A stretch of 64,000 nt of DNA. Source: Nitrosomonadaceae bacterium. GTDB lineage: Bacteria > Pseudomonadota > Gammaproteobacteria > Burkholderiales > Nitrosomonadaceae. How positions within the stretch are numbered: position 1 is the first letter of the stretch; each line of letters starts with the position of its first letter. The position numbers were made by a program, and so were the translations under genes. The notes beneath the pieces were generated by a model, which made no database searches, was not told the origin of the DNA, and saw nothing but the letters and a program-made list of their open reading frames with translations. Shown one piece after another: positions 22,161 to 33,629 of this stretch. The stretch covers positions 113,845 to 177,844 of the forward strand of contig BJGV01000001.1 in the NCBI GenBank assembly GCA_014190895.1, written 5' to 3'.

Positions 22161-22640
22161 TAAGTTAGTCGGGTAGAGAATCATTTTAATCACAAGTGTA
22201 TATGGAACTCTTGAAACTATATTTTCAACTTCACCATATAAATAAAGGTGATTCCCCTCTGTTTCGCTCTAATTTGGAGAGGGAGTTTCTTAGCTCATTT
22301 ATATTTAACTAAATTTCAGCGTCAGAATATTTGAGAATGGACAATATCTTGTATCGTATTAGAGATTTAAACGAGTTTTTTGCTTGCTTTGATGTAAAAT
22401 CGCCGGTCTCCTGACTGATGTAACCTCGCTTTGACGACTGAGTCTGATTATCCGTGCTCTTGTTTAGTTAATAAGTCAGTGTCGTCAGTAATCTCGACAA
22501 TACCTGTGTTGGGAGTCTAGCCAGTTAACGTAACCAGGAGAATGATATACAAAGTATCCTTACAATATACTTTTGATGATCAAGATTAAAAGGTAAAGGG
22601 TAAATTAACTCTGCTTGAGACGAAGAAATAGAGTTTCTTT

Positions 22641-23039
22641 CTAATGGAGTATCCTTGGTATGCTTAGAGTAAACTCTGGAATGGTTGTATCAAAACGACA
22701 CCCATCTTCTGCCACCATTTGATAACTTCCCTTCATTGATCCAACTGGAGACGAAATGGCAGTACCGCTGGTGTATTCAAAACTATCGCCCGGTTTTAGT
22801 AAAGGTTGCTCTCCTACTACTCCCAGTCCACGGATCTCTTGCACGTCATTACCGCCATCCAAGATGATCCAGTGGCGACTGATAAGCTGTGCCGCAACCA
22901 TTCCGATATTGGTGATAGTAATTGTATAAGCGAATACGTAACGGTCTGCAGTTTCATCTGATTGATCTGGGAGATAGATAGTGCGCACCGCAATGTTTAT
23001 TTCATATTTTTTATTTTCAGGCATGCCGCTATTCCACAC
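22641..23039 (-). CDS. apaG: ApaG (DUF525) protein
   Basis: RYVFAYTITITNIG, GVVGEQPLLKPGDSFEYTSG and the ending RILH parallel E. coli ApaG. The start is ambiguous between the GTG at 23039 and the ATG at 23024. Confidence 0.85.
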   Translation of the reverse strand: MWNSGMPENKKYEINIAVRTIYLPDQSDETADRYVFAYTITITNIGMVAAQLISRHWIILDGGNDVQEIRGLGVVGEQPLLKPGDSFEYTSGTAISSPVGSMKGSYQMVAEDGCRFDTTIPEFTLSIPRILH

Positions 23040-23180
23040 TATTTTTCGATTCTCGGCAAGAGTAACTTTTATTAAGCTCCTTTTTACGTAGAAACTGAAT
23101 TAATTTTTATATATAAGATAGAGTTATTAGCGCACAGCAACCATTTAAGGTTAAAATACCCATTCTATTTTTTTGAGAAG

Positions 23181-23870
23181 ATGTGTATGCCCAATTATCG
23201 TATCGCACCAAGTATTCTATCTGCAAACTTTGCTAAATTAGGCGAGGAAATAACTGCTGTCGTTGATTCTGGTGCAGACATTATTCATTTTGATGTGATG
23301 GACAATCACTATGTACCTAACCTCACTATTGGCCCTCTAGTATGCGAAGCAATTCGTCCGCTAACTAAAGCAATTATTGACGTGCACTTAATGGTAGAAC
23401 CGGTAGATCGTATCATTCCTGACTTTATTCGAGCCGGGGCTAATATTATTTCTTTCCACCCAGAAGCATCTAGACATATTGATCGCACTATAGGGTTGAT
23501 CCAGGAAATGGGTTGTAAGGCAGGATTAGTGTTTAATCCTGCAACTCCATTGTACTATCTGGACCATGTTCTAGATAAGCTTGATCTAGTACTGATTATG
23601 TCAGTAAATCCCGGTTTCGGTGGACAAAAATTTATTCTTGAGGCCCTGAATAAAATAAGAGCAGTACGTAAACTCATTGACGCTACTGGTAAAGACATCC
23701 TGTTAGAAGTCGATGGCGGTGTAAAGGTGGATAATATTGCGGAGATTGCCCGTGCTGGGGCCGATACTTTCGTTGCCGGCTCCGCTATTTATAGTGCAGG
23801 TAAAGATAATGATCTAAATCGTTATAATACAGTAATAGCTGCATTACGATCAGAGTTAGCAAAGGTCTAG
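23181..23870 (+). CDS. rpe: ribulose-phosphate 3-epimerase
   Basis: [28 protein letters not shown] and [12 protein letters not shown] are present. The start could be the Met at 23187. Confidence 0.95.
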   Translation: MCMPNYRIAPSILSANFAKLGEEITAVVDSGADIIHFDVMDNHYVPNLTIGPLVCEAIRPLTKAIIDVHLMVEPVDRIIPDFIRAGANIISFHPEASRHIDRTIGLIQEMGCKAGLVFNPATPLYYLDHVLDKLDLVLIMSVNPGFGGQKFILEALNKIRAVRKLIDATGKDILLEVDGGVKVDNIAEIARAGADTFVAGSAIYSAGKDNDLNRYNTVIAALRSELAKV

Positions 23871-24019
23871 CTTAGTATAGGCCTATAAAGAAAAGTACTT
23901 TTTTGTCTTTATAGGATAGATAGAATGGATAACCTGCGTATGATTTTGGAATATGTTTTATGAATGAAAGTTCGCACTCCAGTCCCCTTTTTACTAAAGT
24001 TCGAATACAGTTTCCTCTG

Positions 24020-24688
24020 ATGATCAAGGCCGTAATGGTCGATTTAGACGGCACATTATTGGATACAGCATGTGATCTTGCCGCCGCCGCTAACATGATG
24101 CTCCAGGAATTAGGTAAGACAGAATTGCCTGTCGAAACAATTCAATCTTATATTGGAAAAGGCATACAGCGATTAGTTAAACGAACACTTACTGATAGCT
24201 TGAGTGATGAGCCAGATATCGAGTTATTTACCAAGGCAATGTCGATCTACGAGCGTAATTACACAAAAACTCTAGATATGAACTCACGTCCTTATCCAGG
24301 TGCGGTCAAAGGCCTTAATGCCCTGCAAGCAGAAGGCTTTCAACTAGCTTGTATCACTAACAAAGCTGAAATATTTACCTTGCCATTGCTGCGTGCTACC
24401 AATTTACTAAGTTATTTCGATATTGTCCTCTCTGGCGATAGTTTACCAAAGAAGAAACCTGATCCAATGCCTTTGTTGCATGCTTGTAAATATTTCGGCA
24501 TTGCTCCTTATGAAATGCTCTTAATCGGGGATTCATTTAATGACACCGAAGCAGCACAAGCAGCTGGTTGTCATATTTTTTGTGTGCCTTATGGTTACAA
24601 TGAGGGACGACACGTGAACGAGCTTAATTGCGATGCTATCGTTGAGTCCATTTACGAGGCAAGCAGATTAATTCAAAAATCTTCATGA
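24020..24688 (+). CDS. gph: phosphoglycolate phosphatase (HAD superfamily)
   Basis: HAD motif I VMVDLDGTLLDT lies 6 aa after the Met at 24020. ITNK and GDSFNDTEAA motifs are present. It follows rpe as in many proteobacteria. The 20 extra N-terminal residues from the ORF-track start at 23960 are atypical. Confidence 0.85.
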   Translation: MIKAVMVDLDGTLLDTACDLAAAANMMLQELGKTELPVETIQSYIGKGIQRLVKRTLTDSLSDEPDIELFTKAMSIYERNYTKTLDMNSRPYPGAVKGLNALQAEGFQLACITNKAEIFTLPLLRATNLLSYFDIVLSGDSLPKKKPDPMPLLHACKYFGIAPYEMLLIGDSFNDTEAAQAAGCHIFCVPYGYNEGRHVNELNCDAIVESIYEASRLIQKSS

Positions 24689-24825
24689 TCTTTATAAGTA
24701 TCAGAAGAGGGAGATTTGCTTAGCAGTGTTGGCCCTATAGCTCTAGACTACTCTCATTATTAAAGTTAAACGGTAGTGTATTGTAATTACCATACTTTAT
24801 TTATTGCCATTTATGAAATCAAATC

Positions 24826-26298
24826 ATGACTGAAACCGAATTTAATCATCTTGCAGCTCAAGGCTATAACCGTATTCCTGTGGTACTGGAAACCTTTGCC
24901 GATCTTGATACTCCGTTATCAATTTATCTTAAACTTGCCAACCGATCTTATTCATACTTGTTAGAATCAGTTCAAGGCGGTGAACGTTTCGGGCGCTATT
25001 CTTTCATTGGTCTTCCTGCCGTGATTCGTATTGAGGTACGTGGTAATAGTATTCATTTAATTGATGGTACGGAATCCAAAATAACTGAAATGGATGATCC
25101 GTTAGTCTTTATTGAGTCTTATTTATCACGTTTTAAAGCAGCTCCGTATCCCGGCTTACCGCGTTTCTGCGGTGGCTTGGTTGGCTACTTTGCTTACGAT
25201 GTAGTACGTTACATTGAAAAGAAACTTTCTCACTGTGCTCTTCCTGATGTGCTTGATGTCCCAGATATATTGTTACTATTGTCTGAAGAATTGGCGGTAG
25301 TGGACAATCTTTCCGGAAAACTCTATTTGATAGTTTATGCTGATCCAGGCAGACTAGATGCATATCAAAATGCGCAACATCGTTTAAAAGAATTACTTTC
25401 CTTGTTGCGTCAACCATTACAAATCCCAATCGCAGAACAAGTTCACCCAGGTGCAGTTGTATCTGAATTTAGCAAAGTAAATTTTATTGCAGCAGTCGAG
25501 CGTATTAAGCGTTATATTCTCGATGGCGATATTATGCAGACGGTATTGTCGCAGAGAACTAGTAAACCTTACAATACGTCCCCATTGTCCCTATATCGCG
25601 CATTACGAAATCTAAATCCTTCGCCATACATGTTTTATTATCACTTTGGTGGGTTTTATGTGGTTGGGACCTCGCCGGAGATTTTGGTACGCCTAGAAGG
25701 TGAGACCGTTACGGTGCGACCTATCGCAGGTACTCGTCCACGTGGTGAAACGACACAAGAAGATTTGATATTGGCCGCCGATCTGCTTGCAGATCCTAAG
25801 GAGCGCGCAGAGCATGTGATGTTAATGGATCTAGGACGCAATGATATTGGACGCGTCGCACAAACTGGTACGGTAACAGTTACTGAAAATATGCAGATTG
25901 AGAATTACTCACACGTCATGCATATTGTTTCCAACGTAGACGGTAAACTCAAGCCTGGCTTAAATGCAATGGATGTTTTGCGTGCCACTTTTCCAGCAGG
26001 TACTGTGAGTGGCGCACCTAAAGTACGAGCAATGCAAGTGATTGACGAATTGGAGATCTCCAAACGTGGCATCTATGCTGGTGCAGTAGGTTACCTTGGA
26101 TTCAATGGCGATATGGATTTGGCCATCGCTATTCGTACTGGTATAGTTAAAGATGGCATGCTTCATGTACAAGCTGGCGCTGGTATTGTTGCTGATTCTG
26201 TTCCGGAGAACGAATGGATTGAAACTCAGAATAAAGCCAGAGCTTTGTTACTGGCATCTGAAATTGCTGAAAGTGGATTAGATAGCAAAGTTGAGTGA
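24826..26298 (+). CDS. trpE: anthranilate synthase component I
   Basis: 490 aa. LESVQGGE, LMDLGRNDIGRV and GAVGY are present. Confidence 0.95.
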   Translation: MTETEFNHLAAQGYNRIPVVLETFADLDTPLSIYLKLANRSYSYLLESVQGGERFGRYSFIGLPAVIRIEVRGNSIHLIDGTESKITEMDDPLVFIESYLSRFKAAPYPGLPRFCGGLVGYFAYDVVRYIEKKLSHCALPDVLDVPDILLLLSEELAVVDNLSGKLYLIVYADPGRLDAYQNAQHRLKELLSLLRQPLQIPIAEQVHPGAVVSEFSKVNFIAAVERIKRYILDGDIMQTVLSQRTSKPYNTSPLSLYRALRNLNPSPYMFYYHFGGFYVVGTSPEILVRLEGETVTVRPIAGTRPRGETTQEDLILAADLLADPKERAEHVMLMDLGRNDIGRVAQTGTVTVTENMQIENYSHVMHIVSNVDGKLKPGLNAMDVLRATFPAGTVSGAPKVRAMQVIDELEISKRGIYAGAVGYLGFNGDMDLAIAIRTGIVKDGMLHVQAGAGIVADSVPENEWIETQNKARALLLASEIAESGLDSKVE

Positions 26299-26323
26299 CT
26301 GGTTACTCAGGGTTCTTTCTCAT

Positions 26324-27784
26324 CTACGGTCTTGCATGAACCCATTGTAGTAATGCATCCATTGCAGGTTGAGCCTGTCGAGATTGAGAGTGATTAATAA
26401 TAAAAATTACAATTATACGTCTGTTTAATTTATCCAGAACATAACCAGCTATTGATTTTACATTGTCTAGTAAGCCAGTTTTAATGTGTGCTTGGCCTGT
26501 AATTGGTCTGTCATTGAGGCGTTCCTTCATTGTGCCATCTATTGCCACAATCGGTAAAGATGAAATAAATTCCGGCATCACTGGACTTTGAAATGCATTA
26601 ATTAGGAGCTGACCTAGATGATCTGCGCTAATGCGCTCATTACGTGATAGTCCGGAGCCATTCTCCATTATTAATTCTGGAAAATTTAGTTTCTTGATAG
26701 CAAGCCATTGCCTGATGGATGTGTTTGACTGAGTCAGAGTCATAACCTTGTTATTAACAGCGTCGACCGATCCTAAGGCGAGATAAAGTTGCCGTGCTGC
26801 GATATTATTACTGAATTTATTGATGTCACGAACGATTTCTGCAAGAGGAGGAGATCGATGAGTCTCTAATGGTATTAATCCTTTTGATGTTTGATCAGTC
26901 AACACCCTACCGTGGAATATACCGTTCTGTTCTTCCCATAATTGTCGAAATAGCATCAGAGTGTACGTAGAGCTGTTATGCAGACTAAGATGTAGATTTT
27001 TTTCCCCGCACTTAGTGGCATAACTGCCATTGAGCGCGACTAAAGTGCGGATTTTTTCTGTGGTGGAAGCATGAATATCAATATCTAGTATGTCTCGCCA
27101 ATCGCCACATTCCCCATCAGTAAGTTTAAGATTATTACTTAGAGTAAGTGACTCTGGTAAAGGATCGATAATTACTCGTACAGATTTAATTTTTGGTTGA
27201 GGAGTTAGGTGAAATGATAGCATCCGGTAATTTACTAATAGTGCCTCTGGAGAGACGTTATAAGTACGGTAAAATTTTCCATCGAAAGCAGCTGAGTCCT
27301 CATTGATCACATCAAAATAGCTATTGTCTAATATTAAATTTCCAGTAATTTCTCGTAATCCAGTTTGACGGAGGTGACGAACGAGTAACCAAAAGTTTTC
27401 TAGATTAAGCTTTGGATCACCATAACCTTTTATTACAAGGTCGCCCTGTAGCACTCCATCTTCAATAATTCCATTAGCATACAATTCAGTTTTCCAAGTA
27501 TAAGTCGGTCCCAGTAATTCTAATCCGGCAAAAGTGGTCACAAGTTTCATCACTGATGCTGGATTCATTGCCGCTTTGGCGTTGATAGCAATCAGTGGTT
27601 GAGTTTCACCGATCTCATGGACATAAATAGCAACGGCGGATTCTGGAATACCTGCCTGCTGAAGCGCCTGATTAACAGGATCTGGCATATTCTGCGTTAT
27701 TGCGGTCAGTGGTATGAGAGTAAGTATGAAGAAACAAAGAATAGCGACTAGATGTGTACGAGTAAGTAGAGTGAAATTGAACAT
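26324..27784 (-). CDS. dacB: D-alanyl-D-alanine carboxypeptidase/endopeptidase, PBP4 (S13) family
   Basis: Signal peptide, SxxK (ASVMKL), SxN-like NGSG and KTG (HIKTGLL). The length fits PBP4. Confidence 0.85.
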   Translation of the reverse strand: MFNFTLLTRTHLVAILCFFILTLIPLTAITQNMPDPVNQALQQAGIPESAVAIYVHEIGETQPLIAINAKAAMNPASVMKLVTTFAGLELLGPTYTWKTELYANGIIEDGVLQGDLVIKGYGDPKLNLENFWLLVRHLRQTGLREITGNLILDNSYFDVINEDSAAFDGKFYRTYNVSPEALLVNYRMLSFHLTPQPKIKSVRVIIDPLPESLTLSNNLKLTDGECGDWRDILDIDIHASTTEKIRTLVALNGSYATKCGEKNLHLSLHNSSTYTLMLFRQLWEEQNGIFHGRVLTDQTSKGLIPLETHRSPPLAEIVRDINKFSNNIAARQLYLALGSVDAVNNKVMTLTQSNTSIRQWLAIKKLNFPELIMENGSGLSRNERISADHLGQLLINAFQSPVMPEFISSLPIVAIDGTMKERLNDRPITGQAHIKTGLLDNVKSIAGYVLDKLNRRIIVIFIINHSQSRQAQPAMDALLQWVHARP

Positions 27785-27950
27785 TATTAAATTAGAATAA
27801 GAGGTTATAGAATTTTCTCTCTCGCCCTGTACTTATTTAGAAAATGCAATAATCTGCGAAGAAAAGTATACTGTTGACTTTAGTTGAAGAGTCTACCATA
27901 TTGATTTTATTATATTAATTATATCTGAAAGAATAAACCGTATTATTCTG

Positions 27951-29261
27951 TTAACAGGAGTTTAGGGTTTTTATGGTTCCTTCTATCAAAAAATGCATCT
28001 CCTGATCATTAATTACATAGGGCGGCATAAAATAAACAGTATTCCCTAGTGGACGTAGTAATAACCCTTGTTTCATAGCTGTTTGGAAAAATTTTTCGGC
28101 AAATGCGGGATCTTTGGTCTCTACTTCGAATGCCCATATCATGCCGCAATTACGAAAATTTCGTATTTTAGAATGAGATATGAGTGATTGTGTCAACTGA
28201 TTAAGATAGCGTGCTTTGATACGATTTTTAGCAATGGTTTTATCCCATTCAAAAATATCTAGTGTCGCAAGTGCAGCCCTACAGGCAAGCGCATTACCAG
28301 AGTGAGTGTGCGAATGTAGAAATCCGCGTGTAATTTTGTCATGATAAAATGCCTGATACACATTATCAGTAGTCATAACTACAGATAATGGGAGATAACC
28401 ACCACTTAAACCTTTCGCTAAGCATAAAAAGTCCGGTGTTATATTCGCCTGTTCACAAGCAAATAAGGTTCCGGTTCTACCAAAACCCACTGCGATTTCA
28501 TCAGCAATTAAATGTACTTCGTACTTATCACAAATCCCGCGTACAAGCTTGAGATAGTCAGGATGATACATGCCCATACCAGCCGCACACTGCACTAATG
28601 GTTCAACAATTAGCGCGGCAGTTTTGGCATGACTCTTCTCCAGATAGCGCTCTAATTTATCAGCAACACGTAGTGCATAATCTTGAGGAGATTCCCCTTT
28701 CTCTGCATTTCGCCAGTCTGGAGTATCGATTTGTTTGCTACGATACAGAAGCGGAGTGTAAATTCCTTTGAAAAGTCTTATGTCGGTGATCGATAATGCG
28801 CCCAAAGTTTCGCCATGATAGCTTCTTTGTAGGGTAATAAAACCATTTTTTTTAGGGCGGTCGGTATTGAGCCAGTAATGAAAACTCATTTTTAAAGCAA
28901 TTTCAATGGCCGAGGCGCCATCACTGGCGTAAAAGCAATGACCAAGATTACTGGGCGCAAGTTTACTTAGGCGCTCAGACAATTCTACAACTGGCTCGTG
29001 CGTAAGACCTGCAAGCATGACATGTTCTAGTTTATTTAGCTGGTCATAAATAGCGGCATTAATATGTGGATTAGCATGACCAAAAAGATTGGCCCACCAC
29101 GAGCTAATAGCATCAAGATAACGTTTGTTATCAAAATCATAGAGCCAGACCCCTTCACCTTTAGCAATTGAAATAAGCGGTGATTTTTCATGGTGCTTCA
29201 TCTGAGTACAGGGGTGCCAAACTGCATTCAGACTACGTTTTGATAAATATTTATTAGTCAT
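27951..29261 (-). CDS. bioA: adenosylmethionine-8-amino-7-oxononanoate aminotransferase
   Basis: Class III aminotransferase with a BioA-like N-terminus (VWHPCTQMK). I chose the Met at 29261. The ORF-track start at 29300 would place the groES promoter/CIRCE region inside the coding sequence. Confidence 0.88.
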   Translation of the reverse strand: MTNKYLSKRSLNAVWHPCTQMKHHEKSPLISIAKGEGVWLYDFDNKRYLDAISSWWANLFGHANPHINAAIYDQLNKLEHVMLAGLTHEPVVELSERLSKLAPSNLGHCFYASDGASAIEIALKMSFHYWLNTDRPKKNGFITLQRSYHGETLGALSITDIRLFKGIYTPLLYRSKQIDTPDWRNAEKGESPQDYALRVADKLERYLEKSHAKTAALIVEPLVQCAAGMGMYHPDYLKLVRGICDKYEVHLIADEIAVGFGRTGTLFACEQANITPDFLCLAKGLSGGYLPLSVVMTTDNVYQAFYHDKITRGFLHSHTHSGNALACRAALATLDIFEWDKTIAKNRIKARYLNQLTQSLISHSKIRNFRNCGMIWAFEVETKDPAFAEKFFQTAMKQGLLLRPLGNTVYFMPPYVINDQEMHFLIEGTIKTLNSC

Positions 29262-29264
29262 TGA

Positions 29265-29291
29265 CTTGAAATTCTCAGTAATAGCCCTTAT
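29265..29291 (+). promoter_or_regulatory. sigma-32-like heat-shock promoter candidate for groESL
   Basis: CTTGAA(A) at 29265-29271, 13 nt, then GCCCTTAT at 29284-29291. The consensus is CTTGAA-N13-14-CCCCATNT. It sits immediately upstream of the CIRCE element. Confidence 0.45.
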
Positions 29292-29293
29292 CA

Positions 29294-29320
29294 TTAGCAC
29301 TCTATAGCAAAGAGTGCTTA
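29294..29320 (+). promoter_or_regulatory. CIRCE element (HrcA operator) upstream of groES
   Basis: TTAGCACTC-N9-GAGTGCTTA differs from consensus TTAGCACTC-N9-GAGTGCTAA by one mismatch. It lies 98 nt upstream of the groES ATG. Confidence 0.8.
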
Positions 29321-29417
29321 GCTAGGCTTTATTTTAGAAAATATTGAATGTAAATTTGTAAATTATATATTTTCGTTAGTCATTTCATTATGTTAATTTA
29401 GGAAAGGAGAAATAATT

Positions 29418-29708
29418 ATGAAAATTCGTCCCTTACATGATCGTGTTATTGTCAAGAGATTGGAAGAAGAACGCAAAACTGCATCTGGTATTGTTATTCC
29501 GGACAGCGCGGCAGAGAAACCAGATCAAGGTGAAGTTATTTCTGTTGGCAAGGGGAAAGTTGGAGATGATGGCAAGGTGCGTGCGCTAGATGTAAAAGTT
29601 GGGGACAAGGTGTTGTTCGGTAAATATTCAGGACAGACCGTGAAAGTTTTAGGAGAGGAACTTTTAGTGATGCGTGAAGAAGACATCATGGGTGTAGTTG
29701 AAGGTTGA
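29418..29708 (+). CDS. groES: co-chaperonin GroES
   Basis: 96 aa, [14 protein letters not shown]..., with GGAG-type RBS AGGAGA upstream. Confidence 0.97.
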   Translation: MKIRPLHDRVIVKRLEEERKTASGIVIPDSAAEKPDQGEVISVGKGKVGDDGKVRALDVKVGDKVLFGKYSGQTVKVLGEELLVMREEDIMGVVEG

Positions 29709-29755
29709 CCATATCAACTTCAATTCAAACACTAACCCAAATAATATTTTTGTAA

Positions 29756-31423
<1,668 letters not shown>

Positions 31424-31456
31424 GGACGTTACATTAGCATTATCTTTACTTGAAGT

Positions 31457-31502
31457 TTGCTGCAATAAAAACCCCAATTCGTTGGGGTTTTTATTGCAGC
31501 AA
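31457..31502. terminator. strong bidirectional intrinsic terminator after groEL
   Basis: Perfect 21-bp stem TTGCTGCAATAAAAACCCCAA, loop TTCG, then TTGGGGTTTTTATTGCAGCAA. The U-tract is embedded in the stem. Confidence 0.8.
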
Positions 31503-31668
31503 ACAGATTAAATTAGAATGAGTTAATATTTTTATTACACTTGCACATTTATCTAAAAATTTTCGTAAATTACACATCGTTAATTAATTTTATAAGAAAA
31601 CCACTGCTTCTGTTAATCTGCTAAACAGTTAATCAACCACAGTCAAATGTCCTCTCAAATAATTTACT

Positions 31669-32514
31669 ATGACCCCAGATCAATATTGTCAGAATAAAGC
31701 CATTCAAAGTGGCTCTAGTTTTTACTACAGTTTCTTGTATTTACCAACGGAGAAGCGTCGTGCTATTACTGCACTTTACGCTTTTTGTCGCGAGGTGGAT
31801 GATGTGGTAGATGAGTGTACGGATACATCAGTAGCACGTATCAAACTTGCATGGTGGCGACAAGAAATATCGTCTGTGTTTAATGCAACACAGGAACATA
31901 GACCTGCTCATCCAGTAGCAAAAGCACTATTGGCGACGATTAAAGAAATAGATCTTACTGCCGAACAACTATATAAAGTTATAGACGGCATGGAAATGGA
32001 TTTGGATTACAATCGTTACACTGATTTCAATACTTTGAAACTTTATTGTCATCATGTAGCAGGTGTAGTAGGAGAATTATCTGCCAAAATTTTTGGCTAT
32101 CGTAATGATAAAACGCTGATATATGCTCATAATCTAGGACTTGCATTTCAACTTACTAATATTATACGTGATATAGGTGAGGATGCCCGTCGGGGCCGTA
32201 TTTACTTACCACAAGATGAACTTGTTCGCTTCGGTGTTTCTGATGATGACATACTCAACTCATGCGAAACTAACGGCTTTAGACAGTTGATGGAATTTCA
32301 GATTGAACGAGCAGAAGAGTATTATGACAAAGCATTTGCAGCACTACCTGCAGAAGATCGTAAAAATCAGCTTCCCGGCTTAATTATGGCGGCAATTTAT
32401 AGAACTCTTTTAGAAGAAATAAAGAATGGTGGTTGCCAAGTTATGAGACAACGCGTGAGTCTTACTCCAATACGCAAACTTTGGATAGGATGGAAAACTT
32501 GGGTTCGGGGGTAA
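31669..32514 (+). CDS. squalene/phytoene synthase family protein (HpnD-like presqualene diphosphate synthase)
   Basis: 281 aa. SGSSFYYSFLYLP, the first Asp-rich motif YAFCREVDDVVDE, and the second motif NIIRDIGEDARRGRIYLP are present. Confidence 0.8.
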   Translation: MTPDQYCQNKAIQSGSSFYYSFLYLPTEKRRAITALYAFCREVDDVVDECTDTSVARIKLAWWRQEISSVFNATQEHRPAHPVAKALLATIKEIDLTAEQLYKVIDGMEMDLDYNRYTDFNTLKLYCHHVAGVVGELSAKIFGYRNDKTLIYAHNLGLAFQLTNIIRDIGEDARRGRIYLPQDELVRFGVSDDDILNSCETNGFRQLMEFQIERAEEYYDKAFAALPAEDRKNQLPGLIMAAIYRTLLEEIKNGGCQVMRQRVSLTPIRKLWIGWKTWVRG

Positions 32515-32604
32515 TTCAAATTTTTTTACTATGGGAACATGTGCGGCGTATTAGGTAAAGACGTGTCTCATAGTTGAGATATCGTATCAACAACCCCTTT
32601 TCAT

Positions 32605-33351
32605 ATGAACAACTTTAAAGATTACCTAGCGCCTAAGAATCTGCTCAAGGATCGCGTGATACTTGTTACCGGCGCAGGTCAAGGTATGGGCCGTGTTGCT
32701 GCGTTGACATATGCTATTCATGGCGCCACAGTGATTTTGCACGGTCGGAAGATCGATAAATTAGAGAGTGTGTATGATGAAATAGAGGCGGTAGGCGGAC
32801 CTCAGGCAACTATTCTCCCATTTGATCTGGAACAGACAGAGAGTAAAGATTTTGAGGTAATTGCTCAAGCTATCAAGCTGCAATTAAAAAGATTGGATGG
32901 TATTTTACATAATGCAGTATTTGCTTCTAATTTAACTCCGTTAGAAAATCAGACACTAGAGTTGTGGTTAAGCACATTACGAGTCAATTTAATTGGACCA
33001 TGTGCACTGACACGTGCTTGTTTGCCGTTATTAAAAGCTTCTCCAGATGCTAGTGTAATTATGACAGCTGATACACACGGTCATCATCCAGCAGCATATT
33101 GGGGGGGGTTTGCCGTAGCTAAGGCTGGGGTAGAAGTGTTGGTAAGAATCCAGGCTCAGGAATGGGAGATTTTGCCAAAATTACGCATCAACGCATTAAT
33201 TCCGGGAGCGGTAAATACACCACAACGTAATAGAACTCACCCTGGAGAGATAAAACATACCTTACCTCAGCCGCAAGATCTGATGCCAACATATTTATAT
33301 TTGATGGGAGAGGCCAGTAAGGGGGTGAGTGGTGAAACAATATTCTGTTAA
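32605..33351 (+). CDS. short-chain dehydrogenase/reductase, YciK-like
   Basis: 248 aa with Rossmann VTGAGQGMG. An SDR core with YxxxK-like AYWGGFAVAK is present. Confidence 0.75.
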   Translation: MNNFKDYLAPKNLLKDRVILVTGAGQGMGRVAALTYAIHGATVILHGRKIDKLESVYDEIEAVGGPQATILPFDLEQTESKDFEVIAQAIKLQLKRLDGILHNAVFASNLTPLENQTLELWLSTLRVNLIGPCALTRACLPLLKASPDASVIMTADTHGHHPAAYWGGFAVAKAGVEVLVRIQAQEWEILPKLRINALIPGAVNTPQRNRTHPGEIKHTLPQPQDLMPTYLYLMGEASKGVSGETIFC

Positions 33352-33442
33352 TATTTTAACTGGTATGACTGTGGCTGGTAATGGAAAAAGGTATAATTCA
33401 AATTCAAAATAAGGGATCAGCGAGGAACGGGATAGACGGTAC

Positions 33443-33527
<85 letters not shown>

Positions 33528-33629
33528 GGTAACTACGAACTGCTAGAGATTTTTCCTGTATTGTTTTGCAATTACTCTGGTTTCAGATTGTTATGACATT
33601 ATGTCAATATTAATAACTAGTTAGGAAAT

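Noticed and set aside
24689-24825. Possible trp leader peptide/attenuator upstream of trpE
   Set aside because: The only mini-ORF (MKSNHD, overlapping the trpE start) has no Trp codons. I found no convincing alternative terminator/antiterminator hairpins.
27951-29300. Longest-ORF starts from the track for bioA (29300), trmB (58115), rph (54616), gph (23960), the first permease (46937) and the small lipoprotein (53611)
   Set aside because: The upstream extensions overlap neighbouring genes or regulatory elements, or add residues absent from the families. Internal Met codons give family-typical N-termini and lengths.
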